Origin: Tubiluchus corallicola
Taxonomy: Eukaryota > Animalia > Priapulida
Length of the DNA stretch: 64,000 bases
Assembly (NCBI GenBank): GCA_030141605.1
Contig: JAQGDQ010000562.1
Coordinates: 62,001 to 126,000, forward strand
Direction: 5' to 3'
Position numbers and translations under genes: made by a program
Notes under the pieces: generated by a model
What the model saw: the letters and a program-made list of their open reading frames with translations, nothing else
The model's database searches: none
What the model was told of the DNA's origin: nothing
Shown: piece after piece, positions 53,201-64,000 of the stretch
Position numbering within the stretch: position 1 is the first letter of the stretch
Layout of the letters: every line of letters begins with the position of its first letter

Positions 53201-56200
53201 GTTTGTTACATTAGCATTTAGTAAGTAGGTATTGCAAAAACAAAATGTCACCATTTCACTACTGATCTTTTTCAGAAAGCTGCACTTGTGCATAGTATCA
53301 TTAATACTTCATTTTCGCTCACTTCATTAACTGTGCATTGTGATTGCAGGCTGTGAGGAGTACTCAGTGTCTTGCTGTTCCAATACCTTTAACTGATGGT
53401 GCACCTGTTGTCAGTGACAAGGTATCGTATATAAATAGTTACTGTAGTACTAATCTACTAAAGACAATGTTTAACGAATACTCCTTTTAAAAGTTTCAGC
53501 GACTGATGGTGATTGTGAAAAGGTCAAAGGTTAAGGGTACCAGACAATTGTGTACATTTGACAAAGCCTTGCAGTCCATGCTATTGTAATAGTAACAGCT
53601 TTACAGCTGGCTAGAACCTTACCTACTTCATTTTTTCTTTTTCAAGCATGATCCTGCTAGTAAATCACACTATGCACAGACTAATGCAGAATTAAATAAA
53701 TTTAACGTAGAACAACTGACGTTACTGAACTGGTGTGGCAAACGTCTTCGCTTTACCCACACGTCACGTGACGGTTGTAGTTCAGAAGCATTGCTGTGGT
53801 ACACTTAACCTTTGACCTACAGCAACTGCACACAACGAAACTGTGAAAAGGCTTATTATTTAAAATCTTGAAATGCATGCTTTCACCTAGTGTAACAGTG
53901 CTGAGGAAACAGTAAACAATGCAGACAGACAGACACGTAGGCACAACATGAATAACATTCTATAAATTTAAAGTGATTGATTTTAGGAATAGAGTTTGCA
54001 AATCTGCTGATTCAACACAAATTAGCCACGTTATGAGTTCTGGGAAGTTAAGAACTCACACTTCAAGACCTGGAGATGTTTTCCATTTGGTGAACTTATA
54101 ATAAATAAGTTGTGATTACAGAGAAGAGTACAATATTTGCTCATTTTAGAACCCGTTCTCATATTTTATCCGTCAATCTAATTACCAGGTTCTTATTCAA
54201 GGTTTTGTGGGGGTGTTTTTTTTTTGTTGTTTTGTGTGTGTGTTGTTTGGTTGCAGCTAGTTGGCTGCCTGCCAGAGGTATTGCAGCGGTTTACTTGTTG
54301 ATGACTCACCTGTCATTTATGTAGTCTTGCATAAACATGTGCTTGCATAAAATCTGGGAAAAAGTAAAGTTTTGCATGTGAGCTGAGACTGGAGCAGATT
54401 TTCAATACATAAATTATGGCCCGGACAGCTCTGCCACTAATCACAACATTGATTAACCAGTTGTCTCGGGATGCAACATTATCATGTTCTTATCCAACAT
54501 GCAACATGCAACATGTTCTTATCCTGTAACTCTGCATTCCTTAAGGTTCGTTTTTGAAAAATGCGTGTCTATAAGCCCTAACTTAACTACGTATCTATAA
54601 ATAGTACTTGATCTGCAGTTTAAAAAATTGTTTTTTAATTTGATTTCCGTCGTTGGTTGACAAAAGGTAAGTAAGTCCTACTGCTAACCCTATCATTGAG
54701 GTAGATTGAGAAGTGAGTCATATTATTACTCATAGATGGCAGCACAGACATCAACAAAGTTTAGCACTGGAATGATCAATATTATGCTTTTTCTACTTGC
54801 AGTACTTAGAATATCTTGTGAAGGAATCAAACCGAATGATGGAAGAAAATGATGTACAAAAAGACAGGTATGAGACATTTATGATGTGTCTAGCTAGGTC
54901 TCCTGACTTGGACACTGTGGGATGTTTTACCATCTGCATTGTCGTCGCCCGTTCACAGTTTTAGTTCAAGTCAATACTTGGGTAGTCGTGAATTTTTTGG
55001 TATTGGGTAACTTTGAGGCAAGATGATGGGCAAAGTCAAAGGTCATCACAAGGGCAGATCCAGAGCAGTAGCAACAGCTGCACACAGTTATCATGGGAAT
55101 ACTGGGAGGAACTGAGTCAACTCGACATGAGGAATAGAGTGACCTGTCAGCTACCGACAACCCAACATAGACAAAAAAACATTTTGCCCCCTTTTCTTCG
55201 AATAGTTGCAACTAGTGTCATATAGGCTAATTTTGTTCCGAAAAATGGCAGGTGTAGGTGCTAGGTGATGTAAGACAACTTTTGGGGTAAAAGGTCACGG
55301 GTTGGAATCACAGGATGCCAAGTGCAGCCGGAAACATTAGCATTTGCCAATTGGTGCGTATGATTATTGGGCAATATGTGGACACACTGTTGATCAGATT
55401 TTAGACAGGAAAAATTTTTGAACTTTGATCAAATTTTAGTCACAAGAAATGTCCCTGGTAAATTAGTTTTTTTTTTATGGTAAGAAATTGAGGCACCAGC
55501 TAAGATGTGGCTGCAGTACTCCATATAAGGCCAGAAAATATAACAAAACATAAGGAATTGGGCACAGGCATCGTGTTTTTGTTACATTGTTAGTCAGTTT
55601 AAAATGGGAACACAAATCATCGCCATGGAAGTGAATATAAGACTGATCAAGAAGAGAAGAAACCATTGCTTTTATGACAGTAGGCAAGTATTGCGATACG
55701 AGAAAAGGATGTATAAACGTCTTTTTCACCTTAAATGTGACAAGTCAATCATGTATTTCGTACCTTGTTCAAAGACTGTTCAATATGCAGTTCAAGCCCG
55801 TGAGACTTTTCTAATAGGGATATTACACTGTGAGACATTACAGCATAGTATCGACAGCTAAGCTAACAAGCCTAGAAAATAGTAGATAATCGAGTGTAGT
55901 GCTTTTAAAGAATCTGTACAGGTTTATTTAGAATGTGTGACTAACTGTTCAGTGGATAAGTGAGTGTGAAAGCTGGGGCATCGTATACATTTCTTAGTGA
56001 AGTTTTCTTTAGAAAATAATCTTTGTAGCTTTTTCGTTACACCATTAACTCAAATTTGAATTATTACAATTACATTTATAATGGCTTATCAATGCTAAGT
56101 TTGATGTTACAAGAAGTAGCTACAAGCAGAGACAGTGCCAGTACTGCTTATTTTTAGTAAGTTTTGATGACCAGAAAGTATTAGCTGTTAAGTATATACA

Positions 56201-56522
56201 GTTGTTATTTAAACTGTCGATGTTATAATTTCTTTTATTTCTAACTGCAATGTTACTCATTTGTGCGATTTGTAAAACTGGAAGACAGATCGCCAGCCTT
56301 TAAATTATGGTAGTATTGGTCATGATAACTGTACAAAAATCAAATACTAGTATTTACCTATGCAGTGTAGTGACTGAGGTTAGTGTTATTGCCTGTATTT
56401 GGTATCAAACCTGGTGCAGTGTGATGTTATGTCTTATCTTATATATGTAATGTACATGTAATTATTTTTTATGCAGGTTTTTGATGAATCTTAAAAGAGC
56501 TTATGAAGATGATGTATCTTGA
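47237..56522 (+). CDS. TYW3: tRNA wybutosine-synthesizing protein 3 (tRNA-Phe methyltransferase), 7 exons, 199 aa
   Basis: Exons 47237-47410, 49195-49263, 51189-51290, 52020-52091, 53350-53421, 54803-54867, 56477-56522 (600 nt, GT-AG, in phase). Motifs: DLSRKGSID, FTTSSCSGRI, KKGCHWHLVSH, FKFEPLILHIQC, SGYRNSG, AVRST. Confidence 0.93.
47557..48866. mobile_element. hAT-like non-autonomous element, 1310 bp, in TYW3 intron 1
   Basis: Perfect 23-bp TIR CAGGGCACTTTATTTATGACTTT / AAAGTCATAAATAAAGTGCCCTG; perfect 8-bp TSD TATATCAG (47549-47556 and 48867-48874). Confidence 0.93.
48263..48358. mobile_element. 96-bp hAT-like mini-MITE nested in the 1310-bp element
   Basis: TAGGGGTAAGCAT ... ATGCTCACCCCTA (12 of 13 match); perfect 8-bp TSD ACGCCGCT (48255-48262 and 48359-48366); interior TCGGTTCGATTCGAATTCG x2. 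Confidence 0.88.
52143..52786. mobile_element. Kolobok-like non-autonomous element, copy 2 (inverted relative to copy 1), in TYW3 intron 4
   Basis: TTAA|AGCACAGGAAAAACCTCCACTTACATAAAGCTTAAAAAATTTGTCTTGAAATTTTATACCACT ... AAGGCGATTTTTCTGAAAC..CTTTCCTTGTCCT|TTAA. Confidence 0.75.
54890..55340 (-). mobile_element. Degenerate Helentron/HINE-like remnant
   Basis: Short (GTC)n tract followed by repeated aaagtcaaaggtca / aaaggtcac motifs. Recognised by pattern only; boundaries approximate. Confidence 0.3.
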
Positions 56523-56555
56523 CAATAATGAAGATAATCAAAGTCCCGTATTGTC

Positions 56556-57130
56556 ATTTTTTTTTAGTCATTAAGTCATTTATTTCACCATACACATTTA
56601 CAGGTTACATATACAATATCTAGTGAAAGGGCCTACAATGTATATAATACAAATAAAAAATACTGCACAGAAAAGCTTCAAGCACTATTCACTTATACAC
56701 GAAGGTAAATGTGTTGTGGGCAATCAAAAAGCAGGGCTTGTTAGGTTGTCCCACACAGTGATAGAGAAAAAAAGTAATGGAGATAATCTGAAAATTTAAA
56801 GTGAATCGTGATAAAAAAACATTAGTGCTTAAAATGGAATGATGTAATGAATGAAACTCATATATGGAATGATATAAAAGATAGAAAGACTATTATTTTT
56901 TAATAGTATGTAAAATTAAAATAATTTGATTAAGTTAACACCACTGTTTTGCAACTACTGTGAGGATGGATACTGATAGAAATTTTAATTGCTCACTGAT
57001 ACTTACTTAAAATTTGATTTTTTAGCATTATTTTAAATCTAGTAATAGATCTGCTATTTTTTGCAGATTGACAAATCTCATTCCAGACTTTTGGTCCTTG
57101 ATATATTGTAAAATGTTTGGCTATGTTGGC
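56556..57130 (-). mobile_element. 5'-truncated L2/CR1-group LINE (ORF2 C-terminus, 3'UTR and tail)
   Basis: Minus strand 57121-56993 translates AKHFTIYQGPKVWNEICQSAKNSRSITRFKIMLKNQILSKYQ*, matching the F.Y.GP..WN......S...FK..LK pattern. It is followed by an AT-rich UTR ending AAATAAATGACTTAATGACTAAAAAAAAA. Confidence 0.7.
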
Positions 57131-57810
57131 TAGTTGTCACACAGCTAGTTCAAAAAATAGTTAACAATACATTGTCTATTGGCTTTTAGGAATACCTTCA
57201 ATGAATACTTGGCAATGGAAATTGACTACTTTAATTAATTAACTGGCATAACTGCTGTTTTGTCTTTTATAGCATCATTGTAAGCGTAATGTATAATAGA
57301 ACCAGGATGATGTTAGCAGTAATTGATGTGATTACAGTAAAACTAATCATGTAATGTGTAATATGAAGGATAAAGCCAGTTTAATAAAAGAATTGTTTTC
57401 TGTATTATCTATCTAAATCTAAGTAGGCTTTAATTCGTGGAGATTCTAATACCGTCGTACTAAGCTGTAAAAGTATTAAACAACATTTTTTTGTGAAATG
57501 CTAGTCACACTAAAGCAGATGTGGTTGATTATTTTGTTTTTCTTTATACTATGAGGTGGCGTGAATAGCTGAGCGGTCATGTACATGCGCTAAATCAAGT
57601 AAAACGGGTTATATAACTAGGAAGAAAGCTAGCATCAAATGATTTCTTCATAAGCGTATAAATGCATATAGTTTTCTCACACCAGCCACATATACATAAT
57701 GTAATTTATAGTGCTCCGTGCAAAATGACACCAGTTTTCTTAAATACCATTCCCAGTCATCCAACATTGGTGTGAAAATACAATAGGCAAGAGCTAATGT
57801 TAAACGAGTA

Positions 57811-58354
57811 CAGACAAACTTCCTTATAATCCCCCCCCCTTTATAATGCCAACCTTAATGTCCATATTTTTGGTAAAACACAATATCTGCATTTTTTGCA
57901 TAAACATGTATTAATGCACCTCATCATAATGTCGAACTTGCTATAATACCAATTTTTTGCAGTCTCAAAGCATGCAGTCTGTAGCGGATAGCCCTATAGG
58001 CTGAAGCCTAAGGCCCGGGATCAAAAGGGGCCCGGCAAAATAAAACGAAAAAATTTTTTTTGGTAAAAAAAAATAAATTGACAAAAGAGCAAGGGGCCCG
58101 CCAAAATAAAATATAGAAAAAAGTCAGTCACTATATTTCAAATCGGGTTTACACAAATCAAGTTTACACAATTTAAGTTTACACAAAGGTGGGCAAAAAC
58201 TCACAAAATTAAACAAACTTACAAACGACGAGAGCTCCACAAAAACACGTCAGCTCAGCAGTGTAGCAACATTTAAAAGGCCCGTTCCAAGCTCAAGCCT
58301 AAGGCCCATAAAATCATAATCCGCCACTGCATGCAGTATGAAGAGGTTTGACTG
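57811..58354. mobile_element. pogo/Tigger-like MITE interrupted by a hAT-like insertion
   Basis: TA|CAGACAAACTTCCTTATA ... TATGAAGAGGTTTGACTG|TA; removing the insert leaves about 185 bp similar to 19647-19833. Confidence 0.7.
57979..58329. mobile_element. hAT-like MITE, 351 bp, nested
   Basis: CTGTAGCGGAT ... ATCCGCCACTG; perfect 8-bp TSD CATGCAGT (57971-57978 and 58330-58337); AGCCTAAGGCCC and GGGGCCC subterminal repeats. Confidence 0.85.
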
Positions 58355-59631
58355 TAATGCGATATACATTAGAATTTTGTGAGAGTCAAACTAAGTCGTC
58401 AAGGATAACAGAAATTGCTTAAATTATCCTGTATGACAAATCTCAAGTGTTTTAAACAGCGCTAATCATTAAAAACAGTAAGCAAGAGACATAAGTAATT
58501 TATTACCATCTTATATTTATAGTGCAAAGATTACAGTTTGCCAGTAAATTATTACCGATCCTAAAAACAGATTTTATTAATGCACGTACAAGACAGTTTA
58601 TACATATATTTGTACATATAAATCATTAGCAAATTTTAACTATTCATTACCCATTATAACAACAAATATAAATCAGAAACAATTTTTAATGGTTATTGGC
58701 ACCATCTACTTTTTTTAATTATACTTAATTTTATACTCAAAATACATACTTATAAATTGTCATTCAGAATACTGAAAACACTTGTTCTTGCGTAATAAAA
58801 TAATCTACAAATTAAAAAAGTAAAAGTAAACTCTAATCACTTTGATTATTTACTTTCAATAATCTCATTTTGTTAAGGGTAGCTAAACATTGTGCAAGTA
58901 GTAGTACTTTCCACCACCAACTGACATCACAGCAATGATGGAAAATGCTATCCACAGCATTGTCAAGGCAAAACCACAAAGTAATCTGTTTCACAGTTTT
59001 ACCATATTGTCTGACAAACTTCAAAAAGACACACGTAGGATGATTTAATTGATCAGTATAATTTCTACACGTTAGTTCTTAGATAAATAAATTCTCTTTC
59101 CTGTTTGCTATGTGAAGAGATTTTGAAAACAGTAAACAAGCTCATTTGCTGGTTTAATTTTCATTAAAATCGCACTACTTATCACTTGTTACCTGGCTGC
59201 AATGCATCTATAAAAACATTTCAGTAATAAAAGCCAGGAAAGTATCAGAACAGACATACAAACAGAACAACTTTTTATTAGCCATACAAGTGAAAAAAGA
59301 CTTGACAAATTTAAATTAAAATGGAACTGACACTGCAGAATTTTTTAAAATATTTACACTTCGTTTGCTCCTTATTCGTATTTAGCTTCATAAATGCTGG
59401 TACTGTGTATAACAAGTTTTGTCTAGGCAAAAGCTGAAAAAAAACGACTTGGCTATAGAGTAAGCTAATCCAATATCATGCATAAATTACTGTGTCATGA
59501 ATTTATTGTAATAGCCCGGAAAGCTATTTTTTTCAACATTAAAAGTTAAAAATTAAAAGTTTCTAGAAATAGTAAATTCAATGACAAACAATCTCAAAAT
59601 ACAACAATCATTCATAGTTATTCTCTAAAAT

Positions 59632-61374
59632 TTATACATATTTTTCATTGTGCACAGAATTTGCATTGTTTACACCACCCAAATGGAACAAATTACTCCA
59701 ATCAGTTTTCAATGGAGTAAACGTGCCAAAGCAAGTTAAGTTAAAAAAATCAATGCAGTTTCTGACAGGACCCCGATTAAACGGGTTACATCGTCTTCCA
59801 TCTACATGTAAATAGCTGTACTTGCTTCCTTTCATGGTCTCATTAGTTGTTAAGGAAAGAAATACAATCTGGTAAATTTGCATAAGCAGCAAACCACTCA
59901 CTGACAAGAAGTAAGCAGCAGCACAAACGAAAAAGAACATTACAAACGTATTGCACTGCGCTAATGTTTTGAATTTTTGCCACCAACCGTCTGTTTTCCA
60001 GGCATATCCACATGCGTTGTGCCAGTATGCAGCAGTGCAAATCTGATACAGCAATAAAAGAGCGACAATGAAGACTAAAAATCCGATGAAATACTGGTGA
60101 TTTGAAGCTCCAACACAATTAGCAACCCACGGGCAGTGGTGGTCAAATTTGGCCACACATCTGTTACACCAAGCACAGTGCTTTGAACGTAATGGTCTGC
60201 GTATGATGCAGGTTGTACAAAATTTGTGGTTGTTAAGTGTATCTTGTTCGGCAAGCTCTACGATACTGCGGTTTTTCAACTTTGTGTTTGGATATATCAC
60301 ACCTGGGTCAGTCGTGCAACACCTGTAGAAGTAATACAGCACACCTGATGTAATGAATACAATCCATATAAGCTCTCCAGGTGTGTGAAAGTAAGGCCAC
60401 ATGAATGAAAAGTACGTCATGTACATTAACAAGATAGTCTCCCACAAAAATGCTAATGGTAAAATCTTTTGAAATCTTTCGTCGGTAAAAACATCTTTTA
60501 AAACTCCACCAAAAGATAAGAGCGACATAAAAAACAATGTTTTTAACCACCAATTGACATCAGCATTGAGTATAGCAACAAGCAACAATTGGTACACGAA
60601 AGGAAAAGCCCACATTACTATGAAACGGAGGTTTCTGTTCCTTGATACTCTGACAAAGAAGTTAGGATTATCCAAATTTCTTTTTTTGTAAGCCCTTTGA
60701 ATGATGTCGATCACGTACACATCTTTGCTGTTCACAGCAATATCATAAGGTGACTCCCCTTTAGCATTTCTTGCAGTTAAACTGGCTCCACTGTCTAACA
60801 GGAGATCAGGAACTGAATAGTTACCAATCATGGCACCCCAATGAAGTGGTGTGTTGAGATGCACGGGATCACAAAAAGACACATCGGCACCGAACGCTAA
60901 CAGGATACGGACTGGGTCAGGTCCAATGACACGATAGCAACACCACATGAGCGGAGTCATTCCATTTTTATCAAGCAAGTTTGCATCTTGTCCCTTAGCC
61001 AACAAATATGCCAGAATGTGACTATGACCGAGCTGTGCAGCAATGTGAACCGAAGCAGTCCCTTCACCATCTCTTACTGCGGGATCTGCACCATACTGCA
61101 TCAGCAGAACTACCATCTCTAACAACCCTTGACGTATTGCCCAGTGTAATGGTGTAGCTTGCAGGTCACCACCAATTTGATCTATGAATGCACCTTTGCT
61201 TAAATAATACCTGACTAGTTCCTTGCGGTTGTTTATGGCTGCCCAGTGTAATAAGCTCACATTTTCTTTGTCCAATGTTCTAACATCAAAACCATTCTCC
61301 ACTAGCTCTTTGCATCGTTCAAATATACCATACTGAGTGGCACTAACAATGTCATACTGACTGTAATCAGGCAT
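59632..61374 (-). CDS. ZDHHC17: Palmitoyltransferase ZDHHC17/13 (HIP14-like): ankyrin repeats plus DHHC domain, single coding exon, 580 aa
   Basis: Uninterrupted ORF with DIVSATQYG, ankyrin repeats (LLHWAAINNR, TPLHWA, TPLMW), hydrophobic TM segments, FCTTCIIRRPLRSKHC..CVAKFDHHCPWVANCVG, TTNE and NPFNRG. An in-frame TGA two codons upstream fixes the ATG. A candidate 5'UTR acceptor (ttttag|) starts the exon at 61403. Confidence 0.97.
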   Translation of the reverse strand: MPDYSQYDIVSATQYGIFERCKELVENGFDVRTLDKENVSLLHWAAINNRKELVRYYLSKGAFIDQIGGDLQATPLHWAIRQGLLEMVVLLMQYGADPAVRDGEGTASVHIAAQLGHSHILAYLLAKGQDANLLDKNGMTPLMWCCYRVIGPDPVRILLAFGADVSFCDPVHLNTPLHWGAMIGNYSVPDLLLDSGASLTARNAKGESPYDIAVNSKDVYVIDIIQRAYKKRNLDNPNFFVRVSRNRNLRFIVMWAFPFVYQLLLVAILNADVNWWLKTLFFMSLLSFGGVLKDVFTDERFQKILPLAFLWETILLMYMTYFSFMWPYFHTPGELIWIVFITSGVLYYFYRCCTTDPGVIYPNTKLKNRSIVELAEQDTLNNHKFCTTCIIRRPLRSKHCAWCNRCVAKFDHHCPWVANCVGASNHQYFIGFLVFIVALLLLYQICTAAYWHNACGYAWKTDGWWQKFKTLAQCNTFVMFFFVCAAAYFLSVSGLLLMQIYQIVFLSLTTNETMKGSKYSYLHVDGRRCNPFNRGPVRNCIDFFNLTCFGTFTPLKTDWSNLFHLGGVNNANSVHNEKYV

Positions 61375-61522
61375 GGCTCAGCTGTCAAACTGACGAATAT
61401 CACCTAAAACAAATAACATTAGGAGTGAATAATTACAAGAATGCGATGCAAGAAAGGCAATTTCACTATTACATGCATTTATTTTCTTTTGAATAATAAT
61501 TACACACATTCCAAGCCTCCAT

Positions 61523-63602
61523 CAGTGGCGTGCAATTCATGCAGGCAACGCATGCACTGCATGCCTTCTAATTCCCAAAAAATAATTACGATGAAAAAAG
61601 CACTTATAAATGTTTCTAATAATTATTGCTAATATTTATTAACATTTTACGCTCCTATAGTATTATAGTGTCGGTAGGCTATAGGTTTTGCAAAATCATT
61701 ACACTACGCAAGCGACACAGCTGTGTCCATTCACGGTATTTTCCAATGTGAAAGCACACTCATTACAATTTAGACCGGGAGCTTGAAGGCATGGCTTAAT
61801 CGAAACTTGTCCAATCACAATTAACCTCAGCATTGCTTTTATCCCAAGCTTATCCACGAGAGAAATGACGTTCATTCAAGTTGGGTTTTCGTTGCCCAGC
61901 TACACCCTGAATGCATCACGTGGTTTGTTTGAGCCATTGTTTAATACGTACTGTAGTTGGTCGAGTTCTTTACAGCTCCTGCAGAGTGCCAGTCTACTAG
62001 ATCATAATTGACGTGGCATCTACCTGTTTCATAAATTACTATAGTGTTTAGACTTTTCATTCTGTTAATTTCAGTATTCAGTGCATCAGTATTTGCATTG
62101 CTTTAGCATAGTCATCCCGATCATAGGACTTTAGTGTAATGCAGTAGTTGGACTTCAGTATGCGAGAACTGCATGTGTGGTAAGCATTTGTTTTACATCG
62201 TTTTTAAATTAACATATTTTTAATTAGCTGGGTTATCAGGGATATAAGACTGCATCATTGAAATTGAATTATACTACTTAATTGTAGATTAGATCTGTGT
62301 CAGTTACAATAAATACCTGATGTAATGTGACTCTCCCGATTTGGAATTTTTAATTGAGATTTCAGTGATAATTTCCCTTTCTCCCAATTTGCCTCCCAGT
62401 TGCTACCTCAACCTAAACATAATAATAAAAACTTCGACCGCTCTGAGATAGAATTTCCTTTCTCCTTGCAGGAAATAGAATCGCCCATCGACGATCCTAG
62501 ACAATGTGAAAAAAATTGTCTGGGAATGCAGCAGGGTAGCACAGTGGGTGTGATGTGCCACTGCACTTACTTAGCTGCCCTAATGCAACGTGGCAGATTA
62601 AAGCAATATTCTGTGATTCACGCTAGGCTTTTGACTTATGGGGCCACTAAATTTAGCAAATTTCACCCAGTTTATGATGACAAGTTACTTGGCAATATGG
62701 CAAGCCCCTGTCAAATTGCTAAGAGACAATTGAGTTTTAATACATTTATACCCAACCACATTTTAGACATGTTAAGATTCATGAGTAAAATTCAAAGGTT
62801 TACAGCAGTCTTTTTTCTCGGGTAACTTGTTTGCACATTAGGACAAAAAGCCATAAAAGTTTTCCTAAATTTTCCTTTCCAAGCTTCAGAGCTTATAGTT
62901 TGGTCGTACTACTTTGCATTTCCACATTACCAATCAGTCAATTTTGTATGTGCGTAAACCACTTTTAATAGATAAGTGAACTTAGTTTAGAGATCGCTTA
63001 TCTGTCTCAAATGTAAGGAAACTATTATTATTATTATTATTTTACTGTAATTATCAAGTGCTGTAGAAATGTCATTCATTTGAATGAATGAGCTGCACCA
63101 GGCTTTCATGTAAGGTTGACCAACCTTTCAGCTACTACTGGCCAACGGTTATTTATCTTTGTTTATTTCTAGTTTTCTACATATAACAAAATAATACCAC
63201 AACAGAAATTTATTATCTGTATCCGGAATTGTTGCTTTGGTAAATTAATGGTTTTCATGTAGGTTAAAACTTGGTTGTATAATACTTTGTTAAGTATTTT
63301 AGGTAAGCCCTGGATAACAGAAACAGAATGAGGCCCATAATTTGTTGTTTTATCCATAGGGCTGCTGAATTTCAAATGACTACAATATATTCTCTATGTT
63401 AGCTACAAAAGTTATAGATTAATTTGCATAAAAATTGACTTATTATAAATACATTTTTCACATTTGTGTACCAAAATTTAGATCTCATTTGAGGCCTCCA
63501 CAATACCCTTATATACAGGAAAATGTGTCGGTGGTCGGGGCTCCGTCTCCAGACCCCCTAGCTGGTTGCATGCCTTGTTCCACGACCCACTGCATGCCAC
63601 TG
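61523..63602. mobile_element. hAT-like non-autonomous element, about 2.08 kb, upstream of the ZDHHC17 CDS
   Basis: CAGTGGCGTGCA ... TGCATGCCACTG (11 of 12 match); flanks GCCTCCAT / GTCTCCAT (7 of 8); TGCATGCC subterminal repeats at both ends. Confidence 0.75.
63090..63375 (-). mobile_element. Degenerate non-LTR reverse transcriptase fragment
   Basis: DKTTNYGPHSVSVIQGLPKILNKVLYNQVLTYMKTINLPKQQFRI resembles the D...NYRPIS.L..L.KILEK.LY.QL..YL...N....QFGF block upstream of LINE RT domains. Confidence 0.5.
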
Positions 63603-64000
63603 GTCTCCATTGATCTACAAACTATGAAATTTTATTGCACATATATATCGTGTTACAGCCACATCAAAAGAGAAAAACTGAAATAGTAATTAATTAAGTA
63701 GTTTGAGGGGAGTATACGATCATATGGTCATTTGCACACTCCACTTGAGAAGTGATCAAATGGATTGAGAAGTGATTTGGCAGTTGCAGGAAGATAATTC
63801 ATTGCAACTCTGAATCACATCAATACAACAACAAATTGTATACAACGACAAACAAAATAAAACGCTCCTTTCTTAGTATAGTTCTAAAAAATTTTGCGGA
63901 ACAATATTTAAGATAGGGGAAAATTATCTTGCTAAGCATCACAGTTTTAAATCACTTAACTCCACATGTTCTTACTGGGTATGACTATGAGTGTGTAATA

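Noticed and set aside
1-64000. tRNA, rRNA, snoRNA or a prokaryote-type defence system
   Set aside because: None was recognisable by eye. A covariance-model search (Infernal/Rfam, tRNAscan-SE) would be needed to exclude small intronic RNAs.

Overview
This is an AT-rich, intron-rich eukaryotic window from an invertebrate animal; a lophotrochozoan origin is only an inference from the repeat types. I reconstructed four protein-coding genes by hand with GT-AG, phase-consistent exons. They are a NEK6/7 kinase (+, 7 coding exons, 300 aa), a BET/BRD4-like gene (-, 26 coding exons, about 1210 aa, with a predicted short isoform), TYW3 (+, 7 exons, 199 aa, head-to-head with the BET gene) and ZDHHC17/HIP14 (-, 580 aa, intronless CDS). 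Introns carry many non-autonomous DNA transposons (hAT-, pogo/Tigger-, piggyBac- and Kolobok-like, some nested), Helentron/HINE-like remnants, LINE fragments and four minisatellites. The most unusual signal is a 69-bp x about 17 tandem array inside bromodomain 2 of the BET gene. Its unit is a copy of the intron's own 5' splice site, it is stop-free in the exon frame, and its last copy has a perfect duplicate donor. No prokaryotic systems, CRISPR arrays, rRNA or tRNA genes were recognised.
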